Shown: piece by piece, positions 63,413 to 64,000 of the stretch | Numbering within the stretch: the first letter of the stretch is position 1 | Layout of the letters: every line of letters begins with the position of its first letter | Notes under the pieces: model-generated | What the model was told of the DNA's origin: nothing | What the model saw: the letters and a program-made list of their open reading frames with translations, nothing else | The model's database searches: none | Translations under genes and position numbers: made by a program | From: Felis catus | Lineage: Eukaryota | Direction of reading: 5' to 3' | Length of the DNA stretch: 64,000 nucleotides | NCBI RefSeq assembly: GCF_018350175.1 | Contig: NC_058368.1 | Location: 107,448,001-107,512,000 of the forward strand

Positions 63413-64000
63413 TTATAAAGAAAAGCATTTAAACCCCAAAGCATAATAGTCCTGATAGTCCTTCGGACTTAAAAGAAAAAATGTAAAATAGTAACTTAAA
63501 GAAAAGTTTAGACTTTATTATTCATGCCTTTTCTTCCCAGTAACAAACACAGTCAAAACTTAGCTATTAAAAACTATCTTGCAATTGTTTTTAGACTCTT
63601 TCCTGGCTCCTAACATAAAGAGGCAATATGTTTGGGTATTCAAGGTGCTTTTGGTGGTTATTTCATTATGGAACATCCAAATGTGGAGCTTGCTTTCAGA
63701 ACATCCCTATGATAATTACTAATGAAGCCTCAAATTTGCCATAACCCTTCAAGAAGTAAGAATAACACTGCTGTTGTTTGTGGATAGCTGTAATTTTCAT
63801 AAAGTTCTACTTCCTCCTGTATCATAAACAATCTCCATCTAACTTCTATGTCTTGTGTTTTGTCCTGCCACCTAAGTGATGTATCTACTCCATCTTCCTG
63901 TCAAAACGGAAACTACCACTTCCTCTACAAATAAATGTATCAAATATTTTAAAAGCTTTTTGGGAAAAATAAGTATTTAAATGTTAGCTCCCTTCTTTAA

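Overview
This is AT-rich mammalian genomic DNA, almost certainly from a felid or feliform carnivore, judged by its many CAN-SINEs of the SINEC_Fc type and an L1_Fc-type 3' end. I could not support any host protein-coding exon. The listed ORFs come from SINE, L1, ERV or microsatellite sequence, or look like chance frames. The window is mostly interspersed repeats: about 18 CAN-SINEs, a near full-length carnivore L1 (about 30.5-37.6 kb, minus), older L1, L2, MIR, MLT and MER remnants, and solo LTRs. The standout is a 5.8-kb two-LTR class I (gammaretrovirus-like) provirus at 52403-58222 on the minus strand. It has a tRNA-Glu primer-binding site and a HERV-E-like Gag, but an ERV-W/syncytin-1-like Env TM remnant, so it looks like a gag-pol/env recombinant. 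It is heavily deleted: the PR, RT, RNase H and IN catalytic motifs, most of SU and the TM anchor are missing or damaged. Its LTRs are about 14% divergent and there is no clean target-site duplication (TSD). Other notable items are an ancient ERVL/MLT2-like LTR with an APOA4-like segment, a 5'-inverted (twin-primed) L1 nested in an MLT1 LTR nested in a MIR, and a strong minus-strand bias of L1/ERV insertions suggesting an intron of a plus-strand gene. Family names come from recalled consensus sequences, not database searches.
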